Below, in pieces: positions 35,985 to 58,044 of a stretch of 64,000 bases of DNA. The position numbers were made by a program, and so were the translations under genes. Under the pieces are notes generated by a model. It was not told the origin of the DNA, did not search any database, and saw only the letters and a program-made list of their open reading frames with translations. This DNA is from Octopus vulgaris (Eukaryota). How positions within the stretch are numbered: position 1 is the stretch's first letter; each line of letters begins with the position of its first letter. Where the stretch lies: positions 5,704,001-5,768,000 of the forward strand of contig OX597829.1 of the NCBI GenBank assembly GCA_951406725.2. The letters run 5' to 3'.

Positions 35985-36990
35985 CCTGTCTGCCTATCTG
36001 CCTGTCTTGTAAATTGGAATGTCTCCATCTGAGATACTTTAGGTGAATAGATGCACACACTTGGCTGTGTAAGCTCGTCAGCCCAACAACGCACCAACTC
36101 AATCACACATTTACAAACATCGAGAAATATCTTGACTCAAAAAGTATTGTCACGTTGTAAGCGACCGGCATGCACTCTCTTAACAACTTTATAAAATTCA
36201 AAGAAAAACATACGCATACATATCGAGGTGCATATATAAACGCATGCAACTATGTATATATAATTGTGTGTATGTGTGTGTTTGTGCGTATGTGTGTTAT
36301 AAATATATAATCATTTAAAGAATAATGTGTATATACATATATTTTTATACAAACACACATAAACACGAGTCACATATGCTTTACACACTCATATGCACAC
36401 CTGCGACGAGAATCTATTCCCATGTATATATACATCTTTACACTTTTAACTCGTTTAAATTCTCTTATATCTATCCACACATTCACGCACACTATATGTG
36501 TGTGTATATGCGTGTATGTATGTGCTTCTCTGTGTGTTTGTATACATATGCACAAACATACATGAGTGTGTGTGCATGTGCGTGTGCGTGTGTGTGTGTG
36601 TATCTGCTTGTATATACACACATGTATGTAAATGTATATATAAAGACATACATTCGTATTCACACACACATACGCACATACACTCACTCACACACACAAC
36701 ATGCTCACACAATCACACACGCTCACACACGCAGGCATAACAGATATCGATTCTTTCCTACGCAGTTCAAACGTAAGCGAGACTGCATTGATTTGTGTGC
36801 TCAGCCGTGGGTTAAAGGCCAACGACAGTGGTTACCCTCTCATCAATCAGAGTATCATGTGTTACCCCTAAAGTAACAGATTGTAACCCGACCATTATTC
36901 ACCACCCATGTTCCACCTCAATTCCACAAAGAATTTTTTTGCTCCTCAATTTTATCATATTTTTCCTATTTGAACGTGCGTACGCGTGTG

Positions 36991-37065
<75 letters not shown>

Positions 37066-37367
37066 GGGCGAGGGACAAAGGGAGAGATAGAGCGAGGGGG
37101 GAGAGAGAGAGATCGGGTGAAATTAATAGTTTCTGTTATATATGTGTGACTGTGTATTGGAGGGTGTGCGCATATAAATTTAGAGTGGAGGAGAGAGAGA
37201 TGGTGGGGGAGAGCTGGGGAGAAAGTGGGGGAGAAAAAGATAGTGAGAAAGTGAGAGAGTGAGTGAGGGAGAGGCAGAGGATTGGGAGATAGAAAAATGA
37301 GTTAGAAAAATAATAGATAGACGGCGAACTGACAAAGGTAGGTTGAAAGATAGTAGAGAGACAGTTT

Positions 37368-37405
<38 letters not shown>

Positions 37406-37868
37406 ATGTATATGTATATATGTGTGGATGCAGAGAGAGAGAGGCAGACAGACAGACAGACAGACACACGGACAGAGAGAATGTGTGTATGTGTATCTAT
37501 GTGTGAGTGTCTTTGTGTATCTGTATGGGTTAGCGTATGTGTGCGAGTGTATCTATGTGTGTTATCACGTGTGTAGGTTTAGAATCCGTTGCCTAGCAAT
37601 TCGACAAATATTCATCGATGAAATTAATACTGGACTAAAAAAAATGTAACGAATAAAAATCTTGATATCAGTTCTTCAGCACTCTTGTCAAAGGTGTATA
37701 TTCATTAAGTATGATACATAGATGGCTACTTTTAATTCACACTGCATCAGCTGCCTATACAGCTTATGTATGTATGTATGTATGTATGTATGTATGTATG
37801 TATGTATGTATGTATGTATGTATGTATGTATGTATGTATGTATCTATCTATCTATCTATCTATCTATC

Positions 37869-38065
37869 GATCAATTTTTGATCAATTTTTTTTTCCTCTC
37901 CCCCTTTTTTTTAACCCCCCTTTTTTTTGTCCTCTTTCTCTCCTTTTACGATCCCTTTTGATCGAAACTCCCCCTTCCTTTTTTTTTTTTAAACCTTCAA
38001 AAGAAAAGCTCTACCTTGTAATTTGTTCTATCTGTGTGCAGCCCTGTGTGGCTAATAAAGAAACA
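37869..38065 (+). mobile_element. 3'-UTR-only copy of the (TATC)n-associated Tx1-like LINE
   Basis: AAAAGAAAAGCTCTACCTTGTAATTTGTTCTATCTGTGTGCAGCCCTGTGTGGCTAATAAAGAAAC is similar to 35833-35898. (TATC)n on both sides. Confidence 0.85.
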
Positions 38066-38154
<89 letters not shown>

Positions 38155-38595
38155 GTCAGACTGTCTATATGTCTATATGTCTATTTCTGTCTGTGTGTCT
38201 GAATGAGAATCCGTCTGTTTGTCTGTCTGCCTGTTTATCTGCGAGTGGGCACTGAAAAGCCCCTGGCTTTAAGGGTATTGCAAAAGAGTCGAGCTGCAAC
38301 TTTTACGACGGAAGAGGACAACTGTTTGGGCGAGGACATGCAAAAGTTCATGACGGTATTCAATGTATCTTTCTCTCTTTAGAAGAATTAACGCACGATG
38401 GCAGCTCCTTTAGCGGATTTTGGTAAAATTAAAGACGGAGCAGTCATGAAAGAGGGCAAGAAGGATGGTGAATGGCAGGGTAGTTACAGCAGCAGCAGGA
38501 GGGAAGGGTTGTTGTAGGTGGGATAGACAATGTATTTAAAATTCTGGTGCAGGTGGTACAGAGTACATGTAAGAAAGAGTGAAATGTATTTGAGT

Positions 38596-38666
<71 letters not shown>

Positions 38667-38989
38667 TATGTGTGTGTGTGTGTGCGGTGGAGTAAGTAGT
38701 GCTGGAGGACAAGCCAAAGAATGAAAGTGGGTGAAGTGATCGGCGGAGTGTAAATATCGAAAGGCAGGTGACACTTTGCGTACTTGTTGGACAGCTGGAA
38801 ACCGAATTGCTCGATATATGTAGATAAAATTAGAAGGAACATTGAAATGTAAATATATGCACCGGGAAAATAAAGTAGAAGGTGCGAAGTTGGAATCCGT
38901 TGACGGTGGTGTTAGGGGAAAAAGGGCAGGTTTTAGTAGCAGGAACAACGAAGGGTTCTATGTGAAGAATGAGACTGAGTTTTGTCGAT

Positions 38990-41398
38990 CTTTGCCTATA
39001 TCAGATTTGTTGTAATGGCTTGTTCCAGAACAGCTATAATTAGTGTTTCAGTGTGTTGCTTCATGTTCCCGTCAGTCAACCAGTGGCAGCAATATTTAGT
39101 TCCAATATTCTCGGTTTGTTCCATTTCTTTGTTCCGTTGTTCTTCCTTTTGTCTTTGAATTCTCCTACTGATTCAGTCACTTTTGGGGGTTTTCTGGCTG
39201 CCGATAGTATTCTTTCTTTATTCCGTGCAACATAATTTTCCAAACCCAGCATCGCAGTGTTAAATATGTCTTCTGCGTTTAGTAATCCCCAGCCTCCTGC
39301 TTGTCTTGGTAGGTAGAGTCGGTTGGTATTGCTTTTAGGGTGGAGTGCATTGTGCATTATGAACGGTTTTCTATGCAAGCTCTGTAAGCTCAACCTTTGT
39401 CCCTTTCAAAAAGTGAGCAGTGTATCTCAATATGGTCATTGTCCATGTATTTATGGCTTCAATGATGTTCCCTCCATTTAATTTTCGAGTACTTTCCTCA
39501 TCCTCCTCTTGTACTCTGTAGTGACTTCCTCATTTCTCCTCCCATTATCCTACTGTCTTGCATCACTCTTAGATATTTTACAGCAATCTAATGACGTCGA
39601 CTTGTGGTCATCAGTTTACCTTCCGGCCTCTCTCCATAATTAGCACTATGCACTTATTTACCCCAAACTATTGCTCAACATCATTACTGAATACTGTCAC
39701 TGTTTGGATTAAAGAGTTCAGATCTGTCTTATTTCTTGTTTACAATTTGATGTCAATTATATAAAGTAGGCGATTTATCTTAATCTTGGATTTGGTAAAC
39801 TCATAGGCAGGCATGGAATTTTTTTTAAGTATACCTAGATCCATGAGGGATTAGTGCAGTGACTAAGACCAATGAAGAGATCGAGTCTCTTGGAAAATGC
39901 CCCTGCGTATTTTTACGTTGCCTAGTTATTAATTTGTACATGTCAGTTCTATTTCACACACGCTCTCACGTACATAACTGCGTATACTTAAGAGATTCTT
40001 GAACCAAAAGCCGTGGACACCATTTGGTCTGGGGTCTTGCCACTTTGGTATTTCCTTAATCATATCTTAATTTCTTTACCGTAATTGTAATATATTCTTG
40101 TGTCGCTCCATCTTCCGTTTCTCTTTTAAATTCCTGCAACCAGTCTGCATTAATGTTAATGTTGGACTTCTTTATTCCAGATTTCTGCCCAGAATATCCC
40201 TGTTGCTTCAGCATCTGGTGGTAACATTTCCCTGATACTCTTTTTCTTTGTTTATAGAATTTTTCTTTCGTTGTCCTCAAAAGTCTCTTCTGCCGATACT
40301 CATTTGTTCTCTGTTGATATTTGCTTTTGTTGTCTTTTTTTAAACCGACACTGCTTTGGTTCTGTCTTAGTTCTTCTTCAACTACTTTGCAGTCCTTTGT
40401 GTTTTGTGGTGTATTTCCGTTGCTGTTCGTTCCTGCGTCTTTCCCTCACCCTCTTCAATTCTATGATTGCATGCATCCGTCGAAGGTCAAGTCTTCCATC
40501 ATGGATTCTTTTCCTTTGTTTTTCTTTCACTTTTATTGCCAAGAATTTGCACAGCGACAGAAGCTGCGCAGTAAGTAAAGTCGCAGAAACCTGTTATGTT
40601 TTCGGTGTAAATTTTCGTTAATAGTTCATCCATCTTTTCCGCTACTTTACATATTTTTCCAGTTTTGATTCCTCTCAGAGCTGGTAGCCTCTTTCTTTCG
40701 CTATTTCGTGCCTTATTCAGATATAGTAATAAGCTTCTCTCTTTTTCTGTGGCAGACTTTCCCTCTGCAAATTAGAAAGTACCATCATCCTGGCAACTGT
40801 TTATTTTGTTGGGGAGTTTTTGGTTCTTCTGCAAATCCCTGTTCTTAATCTGCTTTTTGTTCTTCATGCTCAGTGTAGTCATGGCCATACTCTTACACTC
40901 TTGTGGACATCTCCAGTTTCAGTCTGGATCGCCGCTGCCTTTTCACAATTAAATCTTATGGTTTAAAAATCTTTGCTTGGTGATAAGGAACACATCTTTA
41001 CTCGGTAAAAATTTTAGGCATTCTTATCCGGTATCCAGTTTTGATAGGCTCGCTTCTAATGTAGCATTCTACAACAGATCTATCGTCGCTTTGGGTCCAT
41101 TCCCCCCTAATCTTTGGAGGAGTATTTGGATCACGATCAAATCCACCCTGCAGCGCAATGGAACACTTACCATCGTGAGACCATTACTCATGGTTAGGAT
41201 CTTATGAATCCATTTATGATGATATTTATTTGGTATTACATACCTAAGAGTAGGGGTGTCACACTATCAGTGCTTTTTTTTTTATCGAGATACCATCTCT
41301 AGGGGTCACCAGCCAAGGCTAAAGGAACGCTCGTCCATCTGTGTAGATTTATCCCCATGCAGACATTCTTTGGCGTTTTTTTTTTCTGAACATATTCG
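38990..41398 (-). mobile_element. Degenerate R4/Dong-type non-LTR retrotransposon (5' region plus RT)
   Basis: Minus-strand GVHGFWFK, KIRRGIFQ, INRLLYIIDIKL (INHLLYMDDIKL-like) and LHPKSNTNRLYLPRQAGGWGL. Short TAA repeats at its 5' junction. Confidence 0.8.
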
Positions 41399-41522
41399 AT
41401 ATTATTATTACTACTGTTGCCCTGAGTGGTACGAGCTCCATCACCACGACGACGACGACGACGACGACGACGACAACCACCACCACCACCACCACCACCA
41501 CCACCACCACCACCACCATCAC

Positions 41523-41596
<74 letters not shown>

Positions 41597-42462
41597 CCAC
41601 CACCACCATTATGGTTGCCATACTGAGAAGGCGCACGAAGTAAAGCAAAGGAAGAAGTTTTAAGTGTTTCATCAATCTTATCAGCGAGTTAAGTCAATTA
41701 TTTTGCTGTAACTAATTTGCCAACACTGTCCTGGATTGTGCTAGTAGCATTTTTGTACAATTACATTCCCTTTTTTGGCGGTGTAACTCAGTAATATTTA
41801 TTTTAGATTCTTTTATAACTTTTAATCTCAAAAAAAAAAAAGAAAGAATCGGAACTCGACAAAATAATCGACGTGAGTAGCGTTCTGTCGACCGTGTTTT
41901 AACGCCGACAGGAAAAATGAATTTATCGACACAAAGAAATACAATTTCGATTGCTTGCTATGACGGCAGTAAACCTATAAAGATACGAGCAGCAGCAGCA
42001 GCAGCAGCACAAACAGCACAAACAACAATAAGAGCAACAACATGAACAACAAGATGGAAAACAGCAACGACCACAGCGCAAGGAAGAATGCAATTTTTAA
42101 TGACAAGTGTAGCGATAACAAAAACTGTGGGAAATAATAATAGCAACAATAATAATAAGAACCACAACACTACATTTTGGAGGTCATTTAGCCAGTAGAC
42201 CGCACATTCGGTGCAAGACTTGAAAGGTAAATCGCTCCAGTATATGACATTTTGAAACCAAATGTTTTATGCTTTTGTGAAGAGGAAACAATCTACTCCG
42301 AATGACAAAACCTTTCTCTATAAATGTATCTCTCGCAAAAAGAGGAAACATGAAATGTGCCGAAGCCCATCTTTTACATCAAGGAAAAACATGCACGTGA
42401 TAACACCATCCAATCAGTTAAGATCAGGAACCATGAGAGCCAATGCCTTTAGTACAAAGGAT

Positions 42463-42729
42463 CCTTCTTCTTCTTCTTCTTCTTCTTCTTCTTCTTCTTC
42501 TTCTTCTTCTTCTTCTTCTTCTTCTTCTTCTTCTTCTTCTTCTTCTTCTTCTTCTTCTCCTCCTCCTCCTCCTCCTCCTTCTTCTTCTTCTTCTTCTTCT
42601 TCTTCTTCTCCTTCTCCTCCTCCTCCTCCTCCTCCTCATTCTTCTTCTCCTTCTCCTTCTCCTCCTCCTCCTCCTCCTCCTCCTTCTTCTTCTTCTTCTT
42701 CTTCTTATTATTATTATTATTATTATTAC

Positions 42730-42797
<68 letters not shown>
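42463..42797. repeat. (TCT/CCT)n(TAT)n compound microsatellite
   Basis: Direct inspection. A similar (TCT)n(TAT)n(TGT)n block lies at 43320-43616. Confidence 0.95.
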
Positions 42798-42802
<5 letters not shown>

Positions 42803-43290
42803 CATTTGATAGTTCCAGGTAAAATTCTACTACAGTTCCGTGTTGGTGGTGGTGGGGAGTAGCATTGCGTGTGTAATGTGTTGGATTGCTGGTGGTAGTT
42901 TATTTTATTGGACATTTGCTATATAAAGTGAGTTTCGTGTTTGTGGATTGTTTTGATTAGGTTGTATTATTGAATTGATAGTGTCATGCGTAGGATGTGG
43001 GCTGTTCCTAGCAGGGCTACTTTTTGGATAGTATGTAGTGTTGAGGATCCAGGTATAGCTTCTATGTTTTTGCTCATATATAGTTTTTTTATCATGCCCT
43101 GTGCTCTACGTATTACTGGCTTTGCTTTCACCTTCATGCCCCACATCTTGAATATTATTATTTGGTGAAAACTCTCAGCTTATTTTGCTGGGTATGGTGG
43201 AAAGCAGACTAAGGTGATACTTGTTTACTGATCATGCCTCAGGAATCCTGAGTAAGGATTTTTGTAGGTGTTCTACCTTCACATTTGTTG
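42798..43290 (-). mobile_element. R4/Dong-type element 3' fragment
   Basis: Minus strand IPGSSTLHTIQKVALLGTAHILRM followed by a 3' UTR ending TGAATAATAATAA. Homologous to 49678-50113. Confidence 0.75.
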
Positions 43291-43516
43291 CTTCATTATT
43301 ATAATTATTATCATTATCATTCTTCTTCTTCTTCTTCTTCTTCTTCTTCTTCTTCTTCTTCTTCTTCTTCTTCTTCTTCTTCTTCTTCTTCTTCTTCTTC
43401 TTCTTCTTCTTCTTCTTCTTCTTCTTCTTCTTCTTCTTCTTCTTCTTCTTCTTCTTCTTCTTCTTCTTCTTCTTCTTCTTCTTCTTCTTCATTATTATTA
43501 TTATTATTATTATTAC

Positions 43517-43571
<55 letters not shown>

Positions 43572-43617
43572 GTTGTTGTTGTTGTTGTTGTTGTTGTTAT
43601 TTTTGTTATTATTATTC

Positions 43618-51006
<7,389 letters not shown>

Positions 51007-51040
51007 AGTGGCAAGCTGGCAGAATCGTTAACACACGGGC
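51007..51040 (+). mobile_element. Head fragment of the SINE family seen at 21449-21682, directly after (TAT)n
   Basis: GTGGCAAGCTGGCAGAATCGTTAACACACGGGC versus GCGGCGAGCTGACAGCAACGTTAGCACGCCGGGC. Confidence 0.6.
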
Positions 51041-51204
51041 ATCATATTCCTCATTATCACCATCATCTTCATCAGCATTATCATTATCATCATAAACAAA
51101 ATGATTCATAAAAGTTTACCACACGCTCACAACGAATCGTGATTCCCTCCGCAAGATTAAGATAAGCGACCCTTCTCGCTCATATTATCATCCAACGTAG
51201 TCTT

Positions 51205-52560
51205 ATTCAGATTAGGCACTGTGGATTCATGTGGACTAGCATCGCTTGGGAAGGAAGTCAGAAGCTAAATGACTTAAGTTCTCTAGACATAGGTATGATG
51301 CACATCAACACGACCAGAATCTCCGATGTGTAAGTCTTCCCGCCCATATTCAACGACTTCGAGATGTACTAGCTCAAACGTTTTCAACTGTCTGATATTG
51401 AAAGCTTTGAGTTGCGGAAGGTATCAACGTGGACATGGAGAAATCATATTCAGATATCCACATGTGTTTAGACAGAGTATTCTGCACGCCAGTAAACAGA
51501 TGTAGCGTTGGTTCATTGTTTAAAGTTGTTGGCAACACGGATCACGGTCGACTTAAATGTCTAAGGTAGTAACCCGGTTACTAAAAACTAAGGCATCTTT
51601 CCCGGCACACGAAGCTTCCGGAAACTGGATAAGCAAATTAGTTGGTTTTAGGGTCCAAGAGTAAATTTCTGGACGTACGACAAACAGTGAATCAGTATAG
51701 AGAAATTAAATTAGAGGTGTAGTTGTTAGAAACTTATAAGAAGCATTGCATCCGATGTAGTTGCGGTTAGATTATCTCTCAACGCGAAATACGAAGGCTG
51801 CATTGTAAAAAAGCTAAGGCAAATGAACTAAGATATAAAGGAGCGAAAACCCTTCAGTGGTGTAGTGTGGCAGAGGTGCAATATGGAAATGGAGCTCCAA
51901 CTCTGTCTTTTGCGGACCATGACACACTTTCTGTATTCGATTCCCAAGCACGTGCGCTCAACTTTCCAGCGACACTTCTGTTCGATTGTTGAAGACAAAT
52001 AACGGACCGAGGCGCAAGCTGAATATCAACTCATACTTCAACGGCTTGCCGTGACACTTTGTAAGGAGGCGATGACTCGAAAAGCCGACAACGCTGATGA
52101 AAGTACAGGAAATGATAATTAGTTGCACGAGTGCACAAGTAACAAATCGTCTCGTTCGGATAGTCTACTCAATGAGTTTTATGTATTTGTTCATTGACTT
52201 CGTGGCAGACATTCACTGGAAAGCGGGAGAATCTCTAATTTTCTCTGGGAAACGACTTGAAAACAGGGGCCCACATTGATAATTTTCGGCCTATAATTCT
52301 GTGAAAGATAGATTTGAAGACGAGAGAAAAATCATTTCGACATATGCAGACGATGTCATCGTCATCCTTATAAGGCACCAAACAAATTAATTTGATCGAC
52401 ACGTACCTGAAAGAATACAAAGCAGTTTTAGGAGCCAAAATTAAACATGAGCACTCGTTTGGGTTGCTGCTCGACAAACTGGAGGAACCGAGTAAGTTGC
52501 TCGGTTCCTGTTTGACATAGAGGTTCAGGTGGACGAGATTGGGTAGCCATTCTCACATGG
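51205..52560 (+). mobile_element. Highly degraded, internally deleted L1/Tx1 ORF2 relic
   Basis: APE start LGTVDSCGL, NFRPII, YADDVIVIL and LGAKIKHEHSFGL are collinear with the other two Tx1 copies. Confidence 0.7.
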
Positions 52561-52622
52561 AAATAGGCATGTGTGCGCTTGTCTACATATAATGTAATAT
52601 AACATTATAATATAATATAATA

Positions 52623-52955
52623 TCTGAGACCCTCTTCGGTCACGACACTGACCATGGGAAAGTTACCCTCCGAGGCACAAGTCTGGGCAAGGTTGTTTAT
52701 AGAAGACCAGCAGTCGCCCATGCATACCAGCCTCCCCTCTCCACGCCATCAGTGTTATCCAAGGGAAAGGCAAAAGGGGCCGATACAGCCTGGCACCAGT
52801 GACGTGGCAACTCATTTCTACAGTTGAGTGAACGGGAGCAACGTGAAATTAAGTGTCTTGCTCAAGAACACAACAAGCAGCCCAGTCCGGTATTCGAACT
52901 CTCAACCTCACGATCGTAAGCTCGACGCTCTAACCACTGAGCCATGCGCCTTCAC
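52623..52955 (-). mobile_element. Full-length tRNA(Arg)-like SINE inside (AATAT)n
   Basis: Reverse complement GAAGGCGCATGGCTCAGTGGTTAGAGCGTCGAGCTTACGATCGTGAGG..GAGTTCGAATACC, then GTGTTCTTGAGCAAGACACTTAATTTCACGTTGCTCC. (AATAT)n on both sides. Confidence 0.9.
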
Positions 52956-53309
52956 ATTATAATATAATATAATATAATATAATATAATATAATATAATAT
53001 AATATAATATAATATAATATAATATAATATAATATAATATAATATAATATAATATAATATAATATAATACGATACAATATATAACTGCAGCACAAAGTTT
53101 TTGGTCAGTGAAGAGGTCGCGGTCTGAAAGTGACGAAAATATTTTGACAAATTAAATTTAAATGTTGAAGTGAATCTAACGGTTTTTGTGTGTTTCTTAA
53201 ATGGCTTATAAACACCTTCCACTCTGCAATTGTTTTTGTTTCAGCACACAATCTCAGATCAGGTCTCTTGCTATGCAGGTACATCTTCGTAATATATAAC
53301 TATTTTATC

Positions 53310-53648
53310 GTTTACTTGGGGCACCGCTTTGAAGGGTTTAGTCTAACAAATCTTTCAGTCCTCCTAAGTTTGATATTTATATCGGTCTCTTTTGCTGAAC
53401 TGCTTTATACATGCCTGTCTGTCTGTCTCTATCCATTTATATTTATATATGTATATCTATATTTACACACACACACACACACATATGATAGGCTTCTATC
53501 AGTTTCCGCCGGCCAAAGTCACTGATAAGGTTTTGGTTAGCCTGGGCTATAGCAGATGACACTTACCCATGGTGCTACATGGTGGGACTGAACGCAGAAC
53601 AACATGGAGTGCAAGCTAGCTTCTTACCACGCAGCCACGCCTGCACCT
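53310..53648 (-). mobile_element. tRNA-derived SINE (family of 16945-17313), degenerate
   Basis: GCACCGCTTTGAAGG, TATCGGTCTCTTTTGCTGAAC, GTGGGACTGAAC and CTTACCACGCAGCCACGCCTGCACC are shared with the family. Confidence 0.8.
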
Positions 53649-53739
53649 ATAAAAATGAGATTCTTACGACACCTATGTTTCCCAAGCGTAACTATCAAGG
53701 TACAATGATGCTTAACGTCGGTGATGGGATGAATCATAT

Positions 53740-54082
53740 TGTCCCGTGTTCAATCTCACTGCGTGGCACTTTGGGCAAATGTCTTCTACTAGAGCCTCTG
53801 GCCGAATAAATTTTTGTGAGTAGATTTGGTAGGCGGAAGCTGAAAGAAGCCTGTCGAATATATATATACACAAACATTTCTGTGTGTTTTTCCCCAACCA
53901 TCACTTGATAACAGACGTTAGTGTGTTTACGTCCCCGTAAATCAGTGGTTCGACCAAAGAGACCGATAGAATAAGAACTAGGATTACAAAGAATAAGTCC
54001 CGGGGTCGATTTGTTCGACTAAAGGCGATGCTCCAGCATGGCCGCAGTCAAATGACTGAAACAAGTAAAGAAAGAATAAAAG
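53740..54082 (+). mobile_element. tRNA-derived SINE (family of 16945-17313)
   Basis: CACTGCGTGGCACTTTGGGCAAATGTCTTCTACTA...GAGACCGATAGAATAAG...CCAGCATGGCCGCAGTCAAATGACTGAAACAAGTAAA. Confidence 0.9.
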
Positions 54083-54355
54083 AATATACATATATACAGA
54101 GAGAGAGAAAGAGAAAGAGGGAGAAGAGAGAGAGGGGGAGAGAGGGAGAAAGAAAGAATGAGAAGTAATGTTTATTGATGCCGAAATACAGGTGTTCAAT
54201 AAGAACAGACGATACTGCTATTTTAACTCCAGGAGGACGTCTCCCCCGACTGGCTGTTCAGTGCGTTTCGCACTGAGGAGAGAATTCCCTACTATTCTAG
54301 CTCAGAGACCACCGGATCACGTGGTTTCGACCTTATATTGGTCAATCTCAGTAAT

Positions 54356-54443
<88 letters not shown>

Positions 54444-54559
54444 GTATATATAAATGTGCTTATATATATATATATACGTGTGCATGGGGATGTTTATGTA
54501 TGTATATGAGTGTATATATGTATGTGCATATATATACTTACTTATGTTCCCCAACCTAT

Positions 54560-56620
54560 ATTGGATTCAGATTTTTGTTGCATTTTACAGGTTTATTGGT
54601 TTTGGGTGGACCGTATATTTGTCTGTTTAGTTGTAACCTAGTATGTGGTCAATCTCGACATTGGTTTTGATCTAACATTTTTTTTTTAATTACGAGGATA
54701 TAAATTATATTACCATTGATCAATAATAAATTACCTATTATGTTTAGGGGTACATAGATATGATAATGAATAACCTCGGATTCATATTAAATAACCACCT
54801 TATATTAGTAAATGGATGTATAAATGATTGGATAGGTATTACTACTGAATTATAATATAAATAGTTACGTTTTTGAGTAACATTGAAACGGTATATCGAT
54901 CTCTATAACATCAACAATAATAAGCTCAAATTAGTAGATATATAATAATATATGGTCAGATACAGAATATATTGTTTTTATTACGGTATTTTATACAACT
55001 CAACTTTTGCAACGAGTTTAAATGGAGAGGTTAAGTTGATTGTTTGGATTCGCATTACAGCAACGGTTTATTTACACGGTGAATTTTGATTTCTGTATCT
55101 TTCGTAAATTTCTTCCTTTTTCTATACCATAAATGTTGTCAAATATGTTTTGCATAGTTTCTATTTCTTTTGAAGGCTTTGTCTGAATATTTTCCAACCT
55201 TTGCCAAATATTAATTCTAACGTTTTTTTTACCCTTTCAGGTCATTTTCTACACATTAGGAATTAGCATAGTTTTCACTTTTAATGGTTTATAATATTAT
55301 TTTTTTAGTTATTAGTAAGTATGTGTATGTATATATATATATACATGTAGGTGTATTGAATTGAGCTTGAGATTGTAAATAATATATCAGCCCGTTAAGA
55401 CCTATCACTCACCTATTGATCTGCGAATTCTATGTATGTACATGCATGTATACTTTTTGTATGATGTATAAGGATAAAATCTCTTTATATATTTATATGT
55501 ATTAATGGATATTTTTGCGCATGTATGTATATGCATGTGGATGTATTTGGTACCTGTGTGTATATATATGTACGCAGATTTAGACTAAAGTTTCGATTTT
55601 CGCTGTATGATATATGAATATAATGACATTGTATATTGTGACATTGTATATTGTTTTGCATTATTTTATTTTGGCATCTCCCATATGCATCAGTCTATAT
55701 ATTATGTTATACTATATTATATACTGTATAAGTAATATATAATATATTATATTATATTTTATTATGTTGTGTTACACTGTATTATGCTGTATTTTATGTG
55801 GTATTTTCCATCTACTATGTATTGTGAATAGCAGACTTCACATATTCCTTTATTGGTATTATTAATAATAAAAATAATATTAATAGTTTTTAGTAATGTA
55901 ATGTAATGAACTTTGGACTTTGTATATGTACACTTTGATGTGGATATATATATGTATATTCCAGTATATAGATATGATTAAATGTAACCTTATGTGTATG
56001 TATATTATTATGTATACACTTATATATGTGTATATGTAGGTGTATATACACTTATATGTATATGTATATATGTATATATGCATATTCTTGTATATGTGTA
56101 CCTTGTTTAATATTCATATTTGCATTTTATATCTTTATAATTGTACTTTATAATCTCTGGCGAGGCCTTGAGATATATATTTAAGTAACTCATTTTAACT
56201 GCATATTACCTCAATACATGTGACTAATATGGGCATAATGAGATACTCTTATCTACAGGCTGAAACAGCTGTAAGATCCATTTTATATGTATTATCCTTA
56301 TGGTATTATCTTACTAATTGATGTATATTGTTTTATTCTGTCTTATTCTGTTGGATTTGGATGTTCCTATTTAATCGAAATAATTAGTTAATAAATTATA
56401 CGAATTGGTATTATCTGGAAGTTGATGATTGAAAGGAATCTATTCCTCCATTTTCTTATTTTGTATTATGAATTTGAGGTAAAACATTTTACCTTCGCCC
56501 ATATAATACAATAAATGAATTAATTGCATTGCAATTCTAAGCATTTATGTATTAGCCTTCTGGGTACTTTACTGGCAGTATATTGGATAAAAAGTAGCCC
56601 ATAGTGGGTTACACTCATAA
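54560..56620 (-). mobile_element. Probable very old Penelope-like relic with an AT-rich terminal region carrying a hammerhead
   Basis: Weak minus-strand PLE linker-like translation (IPF.. segment, ~54900-54750), adjacent to the hammerhead motif at 56153-56277 in inverted orientation. Confidence 0.35.
56153..56277 (+). ncRNA. Hammerhead ribozyme motif with extended stem II and one core substitution
   Basis: ATCT-CTGGCGA-GGCCT...(~88 nt)...AGGCT-GAAAC-AGCT-GTA-AGAT. Palindromic ACAGCTGT stem III. The A6>G change probably inactivates it. Confidence 0.6.
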
Positions 56621-56719
56621 CTCACTTTGTATGTATATATATATATATATATATATAAATATGCATATATACATGCACTCACACACACATAGTCATGTCA
56701 CGCTTGTGCCTCCCCGCTC

Positions 56720-56865
56720 TATTGTAGCGATTCAGCAAAATGAAACCGATAAAATCAGTACACAACACACAACAGGTCCGGGGACGATTTGATCTACCAA
56801 AATACTCGCCCAGTATGATTACAATCCAATGACTGAACCAAGCATAAAAATAAGAGTAAAAAGAA
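56720..56865 (+). mobile_element. SINE 3' fragment (family of 16945-17313)
   Basis: GAAACCGATAAAATCAGTAC...GGGGACGATTTG...CCAGTATG...AATGACTGAACCAAG..TAAAA. Confidence 0.6.
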
Positions 56866-57353
56866 ATACCAACCAGGAATCCAAAGTCCACCGCCCATTC
56901 GCCCATTCTCTATTTGTATGGTGAAATCAGATGTAAATTTGCAAATTCCCTTCCTTGTCTGTTTTAGTGTATAATTTGTACTGAAGCTTATGAATTTCTC
57001 ATTTGCCACGTTTAAAATGACAATTGACTTAGAACTATTTTCTGATCGCTATTTTAAGTATGAGAGTTTGCACCTTATTAAGGAGTAGCTGTCACCTTTG
57101 CTTCCGCCTTTCCACCTCCCAAAGGAACAATAGGACAGTGGGGGAATAGAAATAACTATGCTCAACACGCACACACGTATGCACTCGCGCACACATACAC
57201 ACTTTCTCTCTTACCCACCCGTCTCTTATCCGCTCTCTACCTCTTCTCTTTTTAATAACTTAAATCTAGGAGTGAGGTGAGAGATTGGGAGGGTAACATT
57301 TTAATTAACTCCCTCCACCTCTCTCTGTCTGTCTGTTTGTCTATCTATCTATC

Positions 57354-57403
57354 TTGTAATTTGTCCTGTCTGTGTGCAGCCCTGTGTGGCTAATAAAGAA
57401 ACA
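57354..57403 (+). mobile_element. 50-bp extreme 3' end of the (TATC)n-associated Tx1-like LINE
   Basis: TTGTAATTTGTCCTGTCTGTGTGCAGCCCTGTGTGGCTAATAAAGAAACA is nearly identical to 38016-38065. Three TATC units before it and ~280 bp of (TATC)n after. Confidence 0.9.
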
Positions 57404-57683
<280 letters not shown>

Positions 57684-57977
57684 CATCTACCTACCTATCT
57701 ACCTACCTATCTATCTAACTATCTATCTAACTACCTACCTAACTATCTACCTATCTAGCTAGCTAGTTAGGTAGTTAGCTACCACGTTGTCTAGCTGTCT
57801 GTCTGTCTGTCATGTCTATTCTATTTATCTTAGTCATTTTCTTGTTTAGTCTTCAGGAACTTACGTGGACAAAAGGTGACCAACTTCTTCCCCTGATGTA
57901 CCTTGCTGTGTTTCACTTTTTCTGAAATACAACGCGAGGCACAGAGGTAAACATTCAAGCGCAGACATCAAAGTTTC

Positions 57978-58044
<67 letters not shown>

